DNA of 64,000 nt from an uncultured Lachnospiraceae bacterium (GTDB taxonomy: Bacteria > Bacillota > Clostridia > Lachnospirales > Lachnospiraceae), in contig CALEFO010000194.1 of NCBI GenBank assembly GCA_937877165.1, forward strand, positions 45,123 through 109,122, given 5' to 3'. A model generated the notes under the pieces. The model was not told the origin of the DNA, searched no databases, and saw nothing but the letters and a program-made list of their open reading frames with translations. Shown here in pieces: positions 8,999 through 17,634 of this stretch. How positions within the stretch are numbered: the first letter of the stretch is position 1; every line of letters starts with the position of its first letter. The position numbers and the translations under genes are program-made.

Positions 8999-9058
8999 TG
9001 CTTCGTCTGTTCCTTTTCCCGGTTATCTCTTCCGGTCTGTCTGCTCTTCCTTCTCTTC

Positions 9059-10312
9059 TCAATCAAAGGAAAATGTCTTCCTTCCAAGGCGCCTTATCAG
9101 TGACGCCGCGGAATCCGGCGCATCATCGTGTTCCGCATTCTCTGTATAGTCGAGGATCTGCGCCAGATAGTCCGGATCCGTGGAAGGCAGCCATTCGATG
9201 CTCTTCCACTTCGACCGCAGATAGGTGCTGATCTTCAGATACTTGTTCATGTGCTCCGCGTACTGCTCGACCCGCCACCCGAGAGATTTCATCTCTTTCG
9301 CAAGATATCCCTTATCGCCGTTCGTTTCACATGCGATTGATCCGGCCTGCATCCTCTGATGCAGCTCTTTCATCTCTGCAAGGCAGCTGTCCACGTGCTT
9401 CTGCCACAGGCGGCCGTAGGCAATCACTCTGCCATCTGCCAGCTGGTGCATGACGGTATAGGCGGTGTAATCTCCGCCGCCATAGGCCGCGTCCACGTGT
9501 GCCTGTCCGCCATGAATCAGGCTTTCATCCTGGCAGAACCTCGGCTCTGAGAAGAGCGCATCCGCGTCCGCGATATGCCGCAGTTCGTAGTTCGCCGCAA
9601 ACAAAGAAGGGCTCATACTCTCCCGAAGCCTCTGCAGCTCTTCGGGAGAAATCAGCCCCGTGTGATAACAGTCGTATTTCTTTATGTTCGGCATCAAAGA
9701 GAACGCATCCTCTTTGTGCCAGGGCGTCCCGGTATTGATGAACCGCCCGCCCCTGTTCTTGATGTTCTGAAGCTCCTGATAGGCAAGCTTCGTATGCTCC
9801 CGCTCCGCCTGACTGATGCGGTCCTTCACGTTTACGATATCGTCGGTGATGACAATATCGGCGTGCTTGCCGGTGATGCTGGTCCCGATACCAAGTCCGA
9901 TCAGCTGGGAAACGCCGCGGGGCGATGTCGTCAGATTCGTCGTGATTTCGCTCTTCGTATCGGTCGGAAGGACCAGACTGCAGCCGTACAGATCATTCAC
10001 CATGATCTGAAATACCGGCCCCTGCAGGATCTTGGACGTCTGTGTGATTACCTCGCCAACGTCCGTATCGGTCTTTCGGAAGAAAAGAATATTGTTGTTC
10101 GGCTGCCACACAAGGAGCAGGGCTTCCGTAAGGGACAGCACCGTTGTCTTATAGGATCCGCGGTGTCCCTGGAGTGTCTGATCCTCCCGCGCGAACAGCA
10201 TGCTCTTCATCCATTCGCTGTGCAGCGGTGTCAGGTCCTTAAATCCGATCAGGTGGCCGATTCTGTGCGGCTCTGTGTGTATCAGGTTGGCCCATTGCTC
10301 TCTTGTGTACAT
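9059..10312 (-). CDS. Terminase large subunit
   Basis: 417 aa with a Walker-A-like GHRGSYKTT and an acidic ADIVITDD motif. Follows terS. Confidence 0.85.
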   Translation of the reverse strand: MYTREQWANLIHTEPHRIGHLIGFKDLTPLHSEWMKSMLFAREDQTLQGHRGSYKTTVLSLTEALLLVWQPNNNILFFRKTDTDVGEVITQTSKILQGPVFQIMVNDLYGCSLVLPTDTKSEITTNLTTSPRGVSQLIGLGIGTSITGKHADIVITDDIVNVKDRISQAEREHTKLAYQELQNIKNRGGRFINTGTPWHKEDAFSLMPNIKKYDCYHTGLISPEELQRLRESMSPSLFAANYELRHIADADALFSEPRFCQDESLIHGGQAHVDAAYGGGDYTAYTVMHQLADGRVIAYGRLWQKHVDSCLAEMKELHQRMQAGSIACETNGDKGYLAKEMKSLGWRVEQYAEHMNKYLKISTYLRSKWKSIEWLPSTDPDYLAQILDYTENAEHDDAPDSAASLIRRLGRKTFSFD

Positions 10313-10908
10313 TCCTCATCATCGTTCTTCTCCGCGGTCATACCGTGAAACAGCTCATCCAGCTTTTGAATGGCTTCTTCACGGTTCCCAACGTTCACGT
10401 CCATCTTGTCATTCCACATGCCAAGATGACGGCCCAGAAGCTCCAGCGCCTTCGTCTTGTCATAGGTTCTTATCTCAATTCCGTATTTTCCGTCTTTGAT
10501 CTCTGCCAGTGCCCGTTTCTGATCTTCGGTCAGTTGATCCGTAGGAACGCATTCCACGGTCACACGCAGCACCGTCTGTCCGCTCTCATCCACGACCGGA
10601 ATCAGGTCCCCGTCCGGCCCTTTCTTCATATCCGGCTTCTGTATCACACGGACATAATCCGTCACATTGGAGAATGCGATGTCTGCAAGCTCACGCAGCA
10701 CCCTGTCCTGCGTGATTTCCGTGCGCTTTTCACGGTCCTTCAGGCGCTTTTGCAAATACTTTTCAATCTGAGCATTTCTGAGCAATTTTAGGCCGGATGC
10801 GGCCGCCGAATTATCAGACTTACAGTTCGGGTACGCTTTCCGGTATGCTCTTGTTGCGTTCAGATCAATCAGATACTCATCAACGAAAATCCTCTGCTTT
10901 TCGGTCAA
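10282..10908 (-). CDS. Terminase small subunit
   Basis: N-terminus MTEKQRIFVDEYLIDLNATRAYRKAY is typical of small terminase subunits. TTG start with a GGAGGTG RBS. Confidence 0.85.
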   Translation of the reverse strand: MTEKQRIFVDEYLIDLNATRAYRKAYPNCKSDNSAAASGLKLLRNAQIEKYLQKRLKDREKRTEITQDRVLRELADIAFSNVTDYVRVIQKPDMKKGPDGDLIPVVDESGQTVLRVTVECVPTDQLTEDQKRALAEIKDGKYGIEIRTYDKTKALELLGRHLGMWNDKMDVNVGNREEAIQKLDELFHGMTAEKNDDEECTQESNGPT

Positions 10909-10944
10909 TGAGCATCACCTCCCTGCTTATGACCTTCTGAATGC

Positions 10945-10976
10945 ATAAAAAGCGGCGCCCTTTTCGGGAACGCCGC
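10945..10976 (-). terminator. Rho-independent terminator 36 nt upstream of terS
   Basis: Minus strand GCGGCG..GGG/CCC..CGCCGC stem followed by TTTTTAT. Confidence 0.6.
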
Positions 10977-11030
10977 AGCGGTGTTTTTCCTGTGCTTCGC
11001 GCCTGCACAATCATATAGGGGGAAAATAGC

Positions 11031-11062
11031 AGCAAAAAAGGACGGAGATCTCTCTTCGTCCT
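11031..11062 (-). terminator. Rho-independent terminator after the hicB genes
   Basis: 10-bp stem AGGACGGAGA/TCTCTTCGTCCT with a tetraloop, followed on the minus strand by TTTTTTG. Confidence 0.65.
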
Positions 11063-11128
11063 TTCGCTTTCTAACATATTATCACGGGTTCTTGTCCCCT
11101 GAGTATCCCTTTTATAAAATACTTACAC

Positions 11129-11332
11129 CTACATCAGGTTCTCGCGCGGTTCTGGAACTTTCTGCCCGCGTTTCCTCGCAATCTCCAGCCACTCCGAAAT
11201 AACCTGTTCCGCATTCTCCATAGCCCCTGCAGCCGTTGCTCCATCCGCCATGCATCCCGGAAGTTCCGGAACTTCAGCAATGAAAGCATTATCTGCAGGA
11301 GACCAATAAACGATTCTCTCGTATTTATGCAT
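11129..11332 (-). CDS. HicB-like antitoxin domain protein (67 aa, no DNA-binding tail)
   Basis: FIAEVPELPGCMADGATAAGAMENAEQVISEWLE is a HicB/UPF0150 signature. Confidence 0.8.
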   Translation of the reverse strand: MHKYERIVYWSPADNAFIAEVPELPGCMADGATAAGAMENAEQVISEWLEIARKRGQKVPEPRENLM

Positions 11333-11345
11333 ATCTACGCCTCGA

Positions 11346-11741
11346 TTACGCTGAGATCATCTTGCCCAGCGCGTCCTGCAGCACCTTAGAACAGCTGATC
11401 CCATTCGATTCCACATAAGTGTTCAGCCACGCCGGAATGGTAAGTGTCTTCTTCACGGCCTTCTTTCCGTATTTCTCTGCATATGCGTCCATATCCAGCG
11501 CGACCATGCTGACAAATCCGCCGGTCGGTGCCTGGATACTCCCCGGATCAGACGCCTTCGGGGCTTTCTTCCCATCTTCCAGATCCGTAAGGATCCATCC
11601 GCTTGCCGCGTCTTCTGCCATAAAGAGAGCATCCGCTACCGCGTCCCCTTCCGTAATGCATCCCGGAAGATCCGGAAATTCCACCATATATCCTTCTTCG
11701 TCATCAAACGGTGTAAACACTGCAGGATATGCAAGTTTCAT
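11346..11741 (-). CDS. hicB: HicB-family antitoxin with C-terminal RHH-like domain
   Basis: YMVEFPDLPGCITEGDAVADALFMAEDAASGW plus a C-terminal KKTLTIPAWLNTYVE.. segment. Lies directly downstream of hicA. Confidence 0.85.
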   Translation of the reverse strand: MKLAYPAVFTPFDDEEGYMVEFPDLPGCITEGDAVADALFMAEDAASGWILTDLEDGKKAPKASDPGSIQAPTGGFVSMVALDMDAYAEKYGKKAVKKTLTIPAWLNTYVESNGISCSKVLQDALGKMISA

Positions 11742-11790
11742 GTTGAATTCCTCCTTTTATCGTTCAAAAGATTCAGATGCAAACAGAGCT

Positions 11791-11970
11791 TCACAGCCCC
11801 GCCTGCTTCAATATCGTCTTAGCTGTTTTGATATTGATGTCTCCGTGATGTTCCGGTATGGTTACCTTTCCTTTCTTGCTCGGGTGCTTGTATTGGTGGT
11901 GGCTTCCGACCTGCGCCACCTCATACCATCCATCAGCTTTCAGCATTTTTTCCAGTTCTCTGAATCTCAT
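11791..11970 (-). CDS. hicA: HicA-family mRNA interferase toxin (59 aa, below the ORF-track cutoff)
   Basis: Hand translation: MRFRELEKMLKADGWYEVAQVGSHHQYKHPSKKGKVTIPEHHGDINIKTAKTILKQAGL. RBS AAGGAG. Confidence 0.85.
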   Translation of the reverse strand: MRFRELEKMLKADGWYEVAQVGSHHQYKHPSKKGKVTIPEHHGDINIKTAKTILKQAGL

Positions 11971-12029
11971 TTTCTTCTGCTCCTTACGTTTATTATATTA
12001 GTACGTATTGTACGTATTGTAAAGAAGGA

Positions 12030-12440
12030 TTACAGTTTCCTGCTCAACTCATAATAAAAACGTCTGCGCTTCTCATAGAACTGCCTTTTCCCGCACGGCA
12101 TTCCTTTCGCCTGCAACTGCCAGAAGGTCCAGCCATACGCCACGCCGAGAAGCAGATAATCATAGATCTCCGGTGCAGCCTCCCGCGCCGTGTTTTCTAC
12201 AAGCTTCTTTTTCTTCTCCAGCGTATACCGGCGCATTGCCGTTTCTGCCGCGGCGTCATAGTCTCCGGAGGTCTGTACCTTCTCCCCGTCGTAGGTGATG
12301 GCCTTGCTGGTGTCCGGCTCCGTGCGAAGCTCCTGCACCCAGTTCGGATATTGCAGAGCAAAGTGCAGCACCGTCAGAAACTCCTCTTTCGGCAGATAGA
12401 ATTCGTTTTTCTCACTCAAAATTCTGTTCCTCACTTCCAT
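12030..12440 (-). CDS. Putative late-gene transcriptional regulator (RinA/ArpU/sigma-region-4-like)
   Basis: 136 aa upstream of the packaging module. The C-terminal HTH-like segment and size fit small phage late activators. No diagnostic motif seen. Confidence 0.45.
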   Translation of the reverse strand: MEVRNRILSEKNEFYLPKEEFLTVLHFALQYPNWVQELRTEPDTSKAITYDGEKVQTSGDYDAAAETAMRRYTLEKKKKLVENTAREAAPEIYDYLLLGVAYGWTFWQLQAKGMPCGKRQFYEKRRRFYYELSRKL

Positions 12441-12631
12441 TCTCTCCCTGATGCTCGGTCCTTCAGATGTATGTGGCCGACAACCTCAAACCCTGCAAAC
12501 TCCGCGATGCTTTTCATCATGTTGATGACCTTTATCACATGATCCGGCGTCCGCATGGCATTGTGCACCGCATGATCCGCGGTCGGATCGCTGTACTTTT
12601 CTCCATTCATCCCCTGTCCCCTATCACGCAC
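12431..12631 (-). CDS. Hypothetical protein (66 aa; alternative start at 12610)
   Basis: ORF overlaps the start of the downstream regulator gene. Confidence 0.5.
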   Translation of the reverse strand: MRDRGQGMNGEKYSDPTADHAVHNAMRTPDHVIKVINMMKSIAEFAGFEVVGHIHLKDRASGREWK

Positions 12632-12685
12632 AAATTCCCTGAGAAGACGGAAATCTTCTCAGGGGAAAATCTGCCGTTAAAGCGA

Positions 12686-12898
12686 TCATTTATTTGCTTT
12701 TCCAGTGTTTTCTACACCTATAACGAGCTTTTTCTCCAGCGCACAAAACACCTTATCAGCACTTTCCACCGTCATTTTTTTCTTTCCATTCTCCCAATAA
12801 GTAATTGAGCGAATCGTAACGCCTGCCTTCTTTGCCAATTCTGCCTGCGTCATGCCTTTCCTGATGCGTGTTTCTTTTAAAATTTTTCCTAGTTCCAT
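12686..12898 (-). CDS. XRE-family HTH transcriptional regulator
   Basis: LKETRIRKGMTQAELAKKAGVTIRSITYWENGK is a classic HTH_3 motif. Confidence 0.85.
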   Translation of the reverse strand: MELGKILKETRIRKGMTQAELAKKAGVTIRSITYWENGKKKMTVESADKVFCALEKKLVIGVENTGKANK

Positions 12899-12911
12899 TT
12901 GTGTCTTTCTC

Positions 12912-13439
12912 TCAGTTGAACGGCAGCTCTTCGTCGATGCCTTCCGAGATGTTCATGAAGCCATCCAAGGCTCCCTGCTGCCACGATCCGCCGCCAGCAT
13001 CCTGCTGCCCCGGTTTGCCTTCCTGCTGCCCCTGCGGCTGTCCGGATCCTGCTGCCTGAGAGCTTCCCTGGCTGTACTGCGCCGCCATCTGATCATCCAC
13101 CGCGTTCCGGCCGGCATCCTGCCTGCTCTCTGCAAATTCCTGACCATCCACAACCACATCCGTTGTGTAGGCCTTCGTTCCGTCCTGTCTGGTATAGCTT
13201 CCGGTCTGGATCCTGCCAGAAACGCAAATCTTGCTTCCCTTGTGCAGATACTTCTGCGCGAATTCTCCCGCCTTGCCGAAGGCGACGCAGGAAATAAAGT
13301 CTGCCGACTGCTCTTCGCCTTTCCCGCGCCTCCGGTCCACGGCCAGCGTGTACCTCGCGATTGTCACAGGCTCCGCGGCCTGTGACTGTCTTATGTCCGG
13401 ATCCTTGGTCAGGCGTCCCATCAGCACTACTCTGTTCAT
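12912..13439 (-). CDS. ssb: Single-stranded DNA-binding protein
   Basis: MNRVVLMGRLTKDPDIR OB-fold start, Gly/Gln-rich linker and acidic tail DEELPF. Confidence 0.9.
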   Translation of the reverse strand: MNRVVLMGRLTKDPDIRQSQAAEPVTIARYTLAVDRRRGKGEEQSADFISCVAFGKAGEFAQKYLHKGSKICVSGRIQTGSYTRQDGTKAYTTDVVVDGQEFAESRQDAGRNAVDDQMAAQYSQGSSQAAGSGQPQGQQEGKPGQQDAGGGSWQQGALDGFMNISEGIDEELPFN

Positions 13440-13747
13440 TTCTCTACCCCCAATTCTCCAATTCTCTCCTTCGTGCGGATCTGCTTTGATCTGATAAACT
13501 CCTGCAGATCTTCCTCCGAAATATCAAAGAGCTTCTGCAGCTCACGGATCACAATCAGCGTATCCGCCATCTCCTCTACCAGATGGGCCTTACGGTACGA
13601 ATCCAGCCCATACCGGCAGACCTTGCAGATTGCCTGAATCAGCTCCGCCGGTTCTTCCCTGGCAACATCCAGAATGAGATTCTTTGGAAAAAGCTCAATC
13701 ACCTTTGCAATAACCTCATCATCAAATTCAAGTTCTACTGTCTGCAT
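13436..13747 (-). CDS. MazG-like nucleotide pyrophosphohydrolase family protein
   Basis: EEPAELIQAI...HLVEEMADTLIVIREL follows the EExxE/EExxD pattern of MazG-like proteins. Confidence 0.5.
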   Translation of the reverse strand: MQTVELEFDDEVIAKVIELFPKNLILDVAREEPAELIQAICKVCRYGLDSYRKAHLVEEMADTLIVIRELQKLFDISEEDLQEFIRSKQIRTKERIGELGVEK

Positions 13748-13802
13748 TCCTTCTCCTTCCTACGGAGTATTTCCCGCACGTACTCTTCCATGGTCTGACG
13801 TT

Positions 13803-14360
13803 TCATTCTATGATCCCCTCCTTTGCCAGCTCATACAGATTGATGCCTGCTTCCTCCCGGCAGGCTTTCCACAGCTTTTTGTAATCGTCCCGGTATTCTC
13901 CGCGGATCTCCTGTACCAGTGTGACCAGCTTCACCAGCATATCGGCGGAGAATCCATAGTCCATACAGCGGTACAGGGCAAGGAACAGCGCCGCCTCCAT
14001 CATGGTTCCCATCCATTTCGCCTGCTGCACCCGCATATAGCAGAATTCCGGCGTTGTAAGCTCCACCTCTTCCTTCGGCGTCCCGTTCAGATAAACAAGA
14101 TCGTGCCAGGATGGACTGTCCTCCGTCGGTTTCAGCTCTATTCCGGTTTCCTCTTCCAGCATCATCAGGATGGATACGTTTTCCTGCTGCGCGCATTCAT
14201 TCCAAACCCTTTGTGTCTCCATGAGCAGGTCATGAAGGCGCTTCGTTCCGAACCTCCATCCCCTGTGAAGAGCGATGCAGGCCGCTGCCAGCATGATCCG
14301 GACCCATTTGCGGCCTTCCATCTCCATTTTCCGCAGTGCTCTTGCCCTGGTATTATTCAT
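13803..14360 (-). CDS. Hypothetical protein (185 aa)
   Basis: Long ORF in the minus-strand operon. No recognisable motif. Confidence 0.6.
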   Translation of the reverse strand: MNNTRARALRKMEMEGRKWVRIMLAAACIALHRGWRFGTKRLHDLLMETQRVWNECAQQENVSILMMLEEETGIELKPTEDSPSWHDLVYLNGTPKEEVELTTPEFCYMRVQQAKWMGTMMEAALFLALYRCMDYGFSADMLVKLVTLVQEIRGEYRDDYKKLWKACREEAGINLYELAKEGIIE

Positions 14361-14503
14361 CCTCTCCTCCGATCCGGAAATCTTCCATCTTCGTTCCCTG
14401 CGCCAGTGCTATGGCCATGACTGCCACAATGACCAGAGAAACACCCGCTGCCACCTTCAGGGCGGTTCCTGCTGCCGCCCTGATTCTCCTCCCTGCAATT
14501 CTC

Positions 14504-17104
14504 TCAGCAGGCTTCGTTCTTTCTGTTCTCCACATCCTGCTCATCCTTCCCTTCATCCATGAAATCAAACAGCGTCGGCATATCAATCTCGCTCTCTGCC
14601 GCCTGCAGATAGCCCACACCGTCGCGGAAATAATCACAGTTCAGCTCGCAGCCTTTCCCCTTGCGTCCCATCTTCACCGCAACCATCGGGACCGTCATCA
14701 GGCCGCCGAACGGATCATAGACAAGATCGCCCTTGTTGCTGTACCGGTTGATGATCCTCTCCACGATGTCGATCTGAAGCGGGCAGACGTGCATCTGGAG
14801 CTTTCTCCTGGACTGGTTCGTGTTCAGCGTCTTCATGCGGTTGATATCGTCCCAGACCTCGGAAAGATTCCAGGAACCGGGTGCCACCACCATGAAGGTC
14901 GCCGGAAGCCGTCCGTCTTTGTCCAACTCTTCTGCAAGCTTCACATGATCCTCATAGCTGTACACCGTCCCGCGGCTGTATTCCCGGTACACCTTCTGAA
15001 GGTTCTTCGTGCTGATATCCTTCAGTTCCTCCTTGCTCACCAGCCGGTCGCCGGAGGATCGCCAATAGCCGTGTGCGTCAATCTGCCACTGCGCCCTGGT
15101 ATATTCTTCCTTCGTCTTGGTCACCGGCTCATCCGCGTAGGCGTTCGACCGGTCCGTCGGAAGCTTCCGGAACAGAAGAATGTATTCCGGGCAGCCTACG
15201 CCCATCTTCGAGCCGTCCTTGCACTGTTCGGACCATCCGAGGCGGTAGGTCTGGTTATTCTCCCGGACTACATCCGTCACGACGGTAATCATTCCCATGT
15301 ACTGGAACCCATGCTTCATGTAGTGCTCAATGCACAGCGCATGGAACGGCTCAATCGTCGGCATCCCGGTGCCCGTCGCATTCCCGAACAATACGCGGTC
15401 CTTGACGTGGATGGCGGCCACTCTTCCCGGCTTCAGAACGCGCAGCAGCTCCGGCGTCAGAAAGTCCATCTGTTCAAAAAAGCGTTCGGTATTCTCGTTA
15501 TGCCCGAAATCGTTATAATTCGCGCTGTATTCGTAGTGATTGCCGAAGGGGATGGATGTATGGATCAACCCCACGCTGTTGTCCGGCATCCTTCTGGTCT
15601 CTTCTACACAGTCGTCATTGACTGCTTCATAGTGTTCTCCCGTTACTCTCACTGTCTTCACTCCCATCTTCCGGCGGATCAGCTCCGGAACTTCTGCATT
15701 GTTCAGCCCGTATTTCTTCACTATCTCCACCATCTTCTCCACCATGTGGTTGTGATCCTTCCACTTCCGCAGGAGCGTGTCCTTGATCTCCCGTTCCGAC
15801 TCCATGTAGATAATGTCGATCACAACCGGCTGATCCTGAAGGAACCGGTAAATACGGTGAATTGCCTGGATAAAATCGTTGAACTCATAATCAATGCCAA
15901 GAAAGATCGCACGGTGGCAGTGCCTCTGAAAATTGCAGCCGGATCCGGACAGCTCCTTCTTCGTTGCGAAGATCCGGAAGTTGCCTTCCGAGAAGTCAAT
16001 CACCCGCTGTTCCCGCTTGTCGTAGTCCATGGAGCCGTAGATATCCACGGTTTCCGGAATGGCTGCTTTGATCGCGTGCCGCTCTGCTTCCAGATCGTGC
16101 CAGATGATGAAGTGATCGTCCGGGCTTGCCGTGACAATCTCTTTTGCCTTCTCCACTCTCTGCCCGATGCTGGTCCGCTTCACGTCTGCCGCCGATTTCA
16201 GATCCAGCGCCGCATCCTCGAACAGCTGCATCTGGCCGTTCCGGTCCTGTGTCTTGCCGTACTCCACGGGGAGTTCAATCCAGTTGACCGTAAGCGGCGG
16301 CAGGTCATAGCCTTCGTCCGAATACTCCGGATTCAGGTCGGACGGCTTCGTAACGAAGAGTGCCCAGCTTCCCAGCCACGTCCAGAATTCATCCTCCTGC
16401 GTCGGGTACAGTGTCAGGTTGTTCGCCTTCGTGCTGTCCCTCTGGAAAAACCTCGTCAGGGCCTGTCCGGTGTCCATGATTTCCAGATACCCAGCATAAT
16501 GGATCAGCTCCTTGTACCGGTTCGGGGAAGGCGTCGCCGTGGCGACAAGCTTATATTTCACGCCCTTGAACTTGTCAAGGAACGTCTGATAGGTCTTACT
16601 GCCGAAGCTTCGCAGCACTGAGGCTTCATCCAGACTCGTCGCCGCGAAGAACGCCGGATCAATGTCCCCGTCCCGCACTCTTTCGTAGTTCGTCAGAAGG
16701 ATTTCTTCGCCTGCTGCCTTTACCTCTTCCATGGTCTTCACATAACGGGGCTTCTCATACCCCAGAACCTGCACGGCGTCCCGTGTAAATTCCTGCTTCA
16801 CGCCAAGGGGAAGGACAATCAGCGCCTGCCCGCCTTCGTGCCTGGCTGCCTGATGGCAGAACTCAATCTCCTGCACCGTCTTGCCAAGGCCGAAGCTCTC
16901 GAACAGCGCTCTTCTTCCTCCCCGCAGTGCCCAGCGCACGGCATCCTTCTGGTGTGGCTTCAATGCCGGGTTGATCTCTCCTGCTGCCACCTCGAACCCG
17001 GACGATGGTGCAAGCTCTACTTTCGACTGCAAAAATTCCTGATACGTCATCTCATAAAAGGAGCCGATATATCTATTACCCGGCCGGGGCCCGTCTCCTT
17101 TCAT
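14504..17104 (-). CDS. SNF2-type helicase fused to a beta-class N6A/N4C DNA methyltransferase
   Basis: Helicase motifs GLGKT, LDEAS, ATATPSPN and QAIHRIYR. These are followed by the methylase motif IV-like TSIPFG and motif I DPFGGLMTV, in that order. Confidence 0.85.
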   Translation of the reverse strand: MKGDGPRPGNRYIGSFYEMTYQEFLQSKVELAPSSGFEVAAGEINPALKPHQKDAVRWALRGGRRALFESFGLGKTVQEIEFCHQAARHEGGQALIVLPLGVKQEFTRDAVQVLGYEKPRYVKTMEEVKAAGEEILLTNYERVRDGDIDPAFFAATSLDEASVLRSFGSKTYQTFLDKFKGVKYKLVATATPSPNRYKELIHYAGYLEIMDTGQALTRFFQRDSTKANNLTLYPTQEDEFWTWLGSWALFVTKPSDLNPEYSDEGYDLPPLTVNWIELPVEYGKTQDRNGQMQLFEDAALDLKSAADVKRTSIGQRVEKAKEIVTASPDDHFIIWHDLEAERHAIKAAIPETVDIYGSMDYDKREQRVIDFSEGNFRIFATKKELSGSGCNFQRHCHRAIFLGIDYEFNDFIQAIHRIYRFLQDQPVVIDIIYMESEREIKDTLLRKWKDHNHMVEKMVEIVKKYGLNNAEVPELIRRKMGVKTVRVTGEHYEAVNDDCVEETRRMPDNSVGLIHTSIPFGNHYEYSANYNDFGHNENTERFFEQMDFLTPELLRVLKPGRVAAIHVKDRVLFGNATGTGMPTIEPFHALCIEHYMKHGFQYMGMITVVTDVVRENNQTYRLGWSEQCKDGSKMGVGCPEYILLFRKLPTDRSNAYADEPVTKTKEEYTRAQWQIDAHGYWRSSGDRLVSKEELKDISTKNLQKVYREYSRGTVYSYEDHVKLAEELDKDGRLPATFMVVAPGSWNLSEVWDDINRMKTLNTNQSRRKLQMHVCPLQIDIVERIINRYSNKGDLVYDPFGGLMTVPMVAVKMGRKGKGCELNCDYFRDGVGYLQAAESEIDMPTLFDFMDEGKDEQDVENRKNEAC

Positions 17105-17116
17105 CTTTTCCCAGCG

Positions 17117-17174
17117 GTCCGGATTTGTCCGAATCTGTCCGGCCTGTCCGTTCCGCTTTTGTCCATTTCTGTCT
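17117..17174. repeat. Six helically phased (T)GTCC(G) repeats in the leader of the helicase-methylase gene
   Basis: GTCC at 17117, 17127, 17137, 17146 and 17161, plus GTCT at 17171. Spacing 10, 10, 9, 15, 10 bp. Confidence 0.5.
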
Positions 17175-17236
17175 TTTCTGCGCAGATTATGGCTGATTTT
17201 CTGCCATTTTCCGCCCTTTCTCTAAAATGCCATCGC

Positions 17237-17255
17237 GCACGTGAAATTCACGTGC
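17237..17255. promoter_or_regulatory. 19-bp palindrome GCACGTGAA-A-TTCACGTGC
   Basis: Perfect 9-bp arms. Lies between the 15-bp direct repeats GCGCAGATTATGGCT at 17180..17194 and 17284..17298. Confidence 0.5.
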
Positions 17256-17634
17256 AGACTTCCATTTTCTCTGTGCTCTTTTCGCGCAGATTATGGCTAT
17301 TCCTCCCTATGAAATTCTCCCCGAAGATCTCCATCCACTCCTCATGCGTATGCCCTGGCAGGCTCTCCCACTTCTCCTGTGCCATTTCCTGCAGCATCCG
17401 CTGATATCCGTTGAACTCCGGATGATGGACCGCCTCCCGGCAGCCTTCTATATCGCCTTCGTGATGCTTCACGCACAGGTGAACCCACAAACCGTAGTGT
17501 TCTGACAGCTTCCGGTTCTTCCCTGGGAAAATATGGTGCTTGTGCAGTGCCCGTTTTTCCATATCATCGCCGTCCAGCAGGGCGCAGAGGAAACACACCC
17601 TGCTGCCCTTCGGCTCCATGATGGATTTACTCAT
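17248..17634 (-). CDS. HNH-like endonuclease / NinG-like protein
   Basis: HKHHIFPGKNRKLSEHYGLWVHLCVKHH fits an H-N-H pattern with flanking Cys residues. Start set at MSKSIMEPKG. Confidence 0.55.
   Translation of the reverse strand: MSKSIMEPKGSRVCFLCALLDGDDMEKRALHKHHIFPGKNRKLSEHYGLWVHLCVKHHEGDIEGCREAVHHPEFNGYQRMLQEMAQEKWESLPGHTHEEWMEIFGENFIGRNSHNLREKSTEKMEVCT

Noticed and set aside
14353-14637. 94-aa minus-strand ORF overlapping the 3' end of the helicase-methylase gene. An internal start near 14535 would give a roughly 60-aa hydrophobic protein.
   Set aside because: The full ORF overlaps a confident gene in another frame. The shorter version is possible, but I see no convincing RBS, so I did not list it.
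14336-16621. 761-aa plus-strand ORF, with similar long plus-strand ORFs at 42208..43707, 34221..35519, 6553..7695, 7544..8365 and 9575..10348.
   Set aside because: All lie antisense to minus-strand genes with clear family signatures (helicase-methylase, sheath, baseplate, Mu F, portal, terminase). Their products are Arg/Leu/His/Pro-rich low-complexity strings with no motifs. They are shadow ORFs typical of GC-skewed coding strands.
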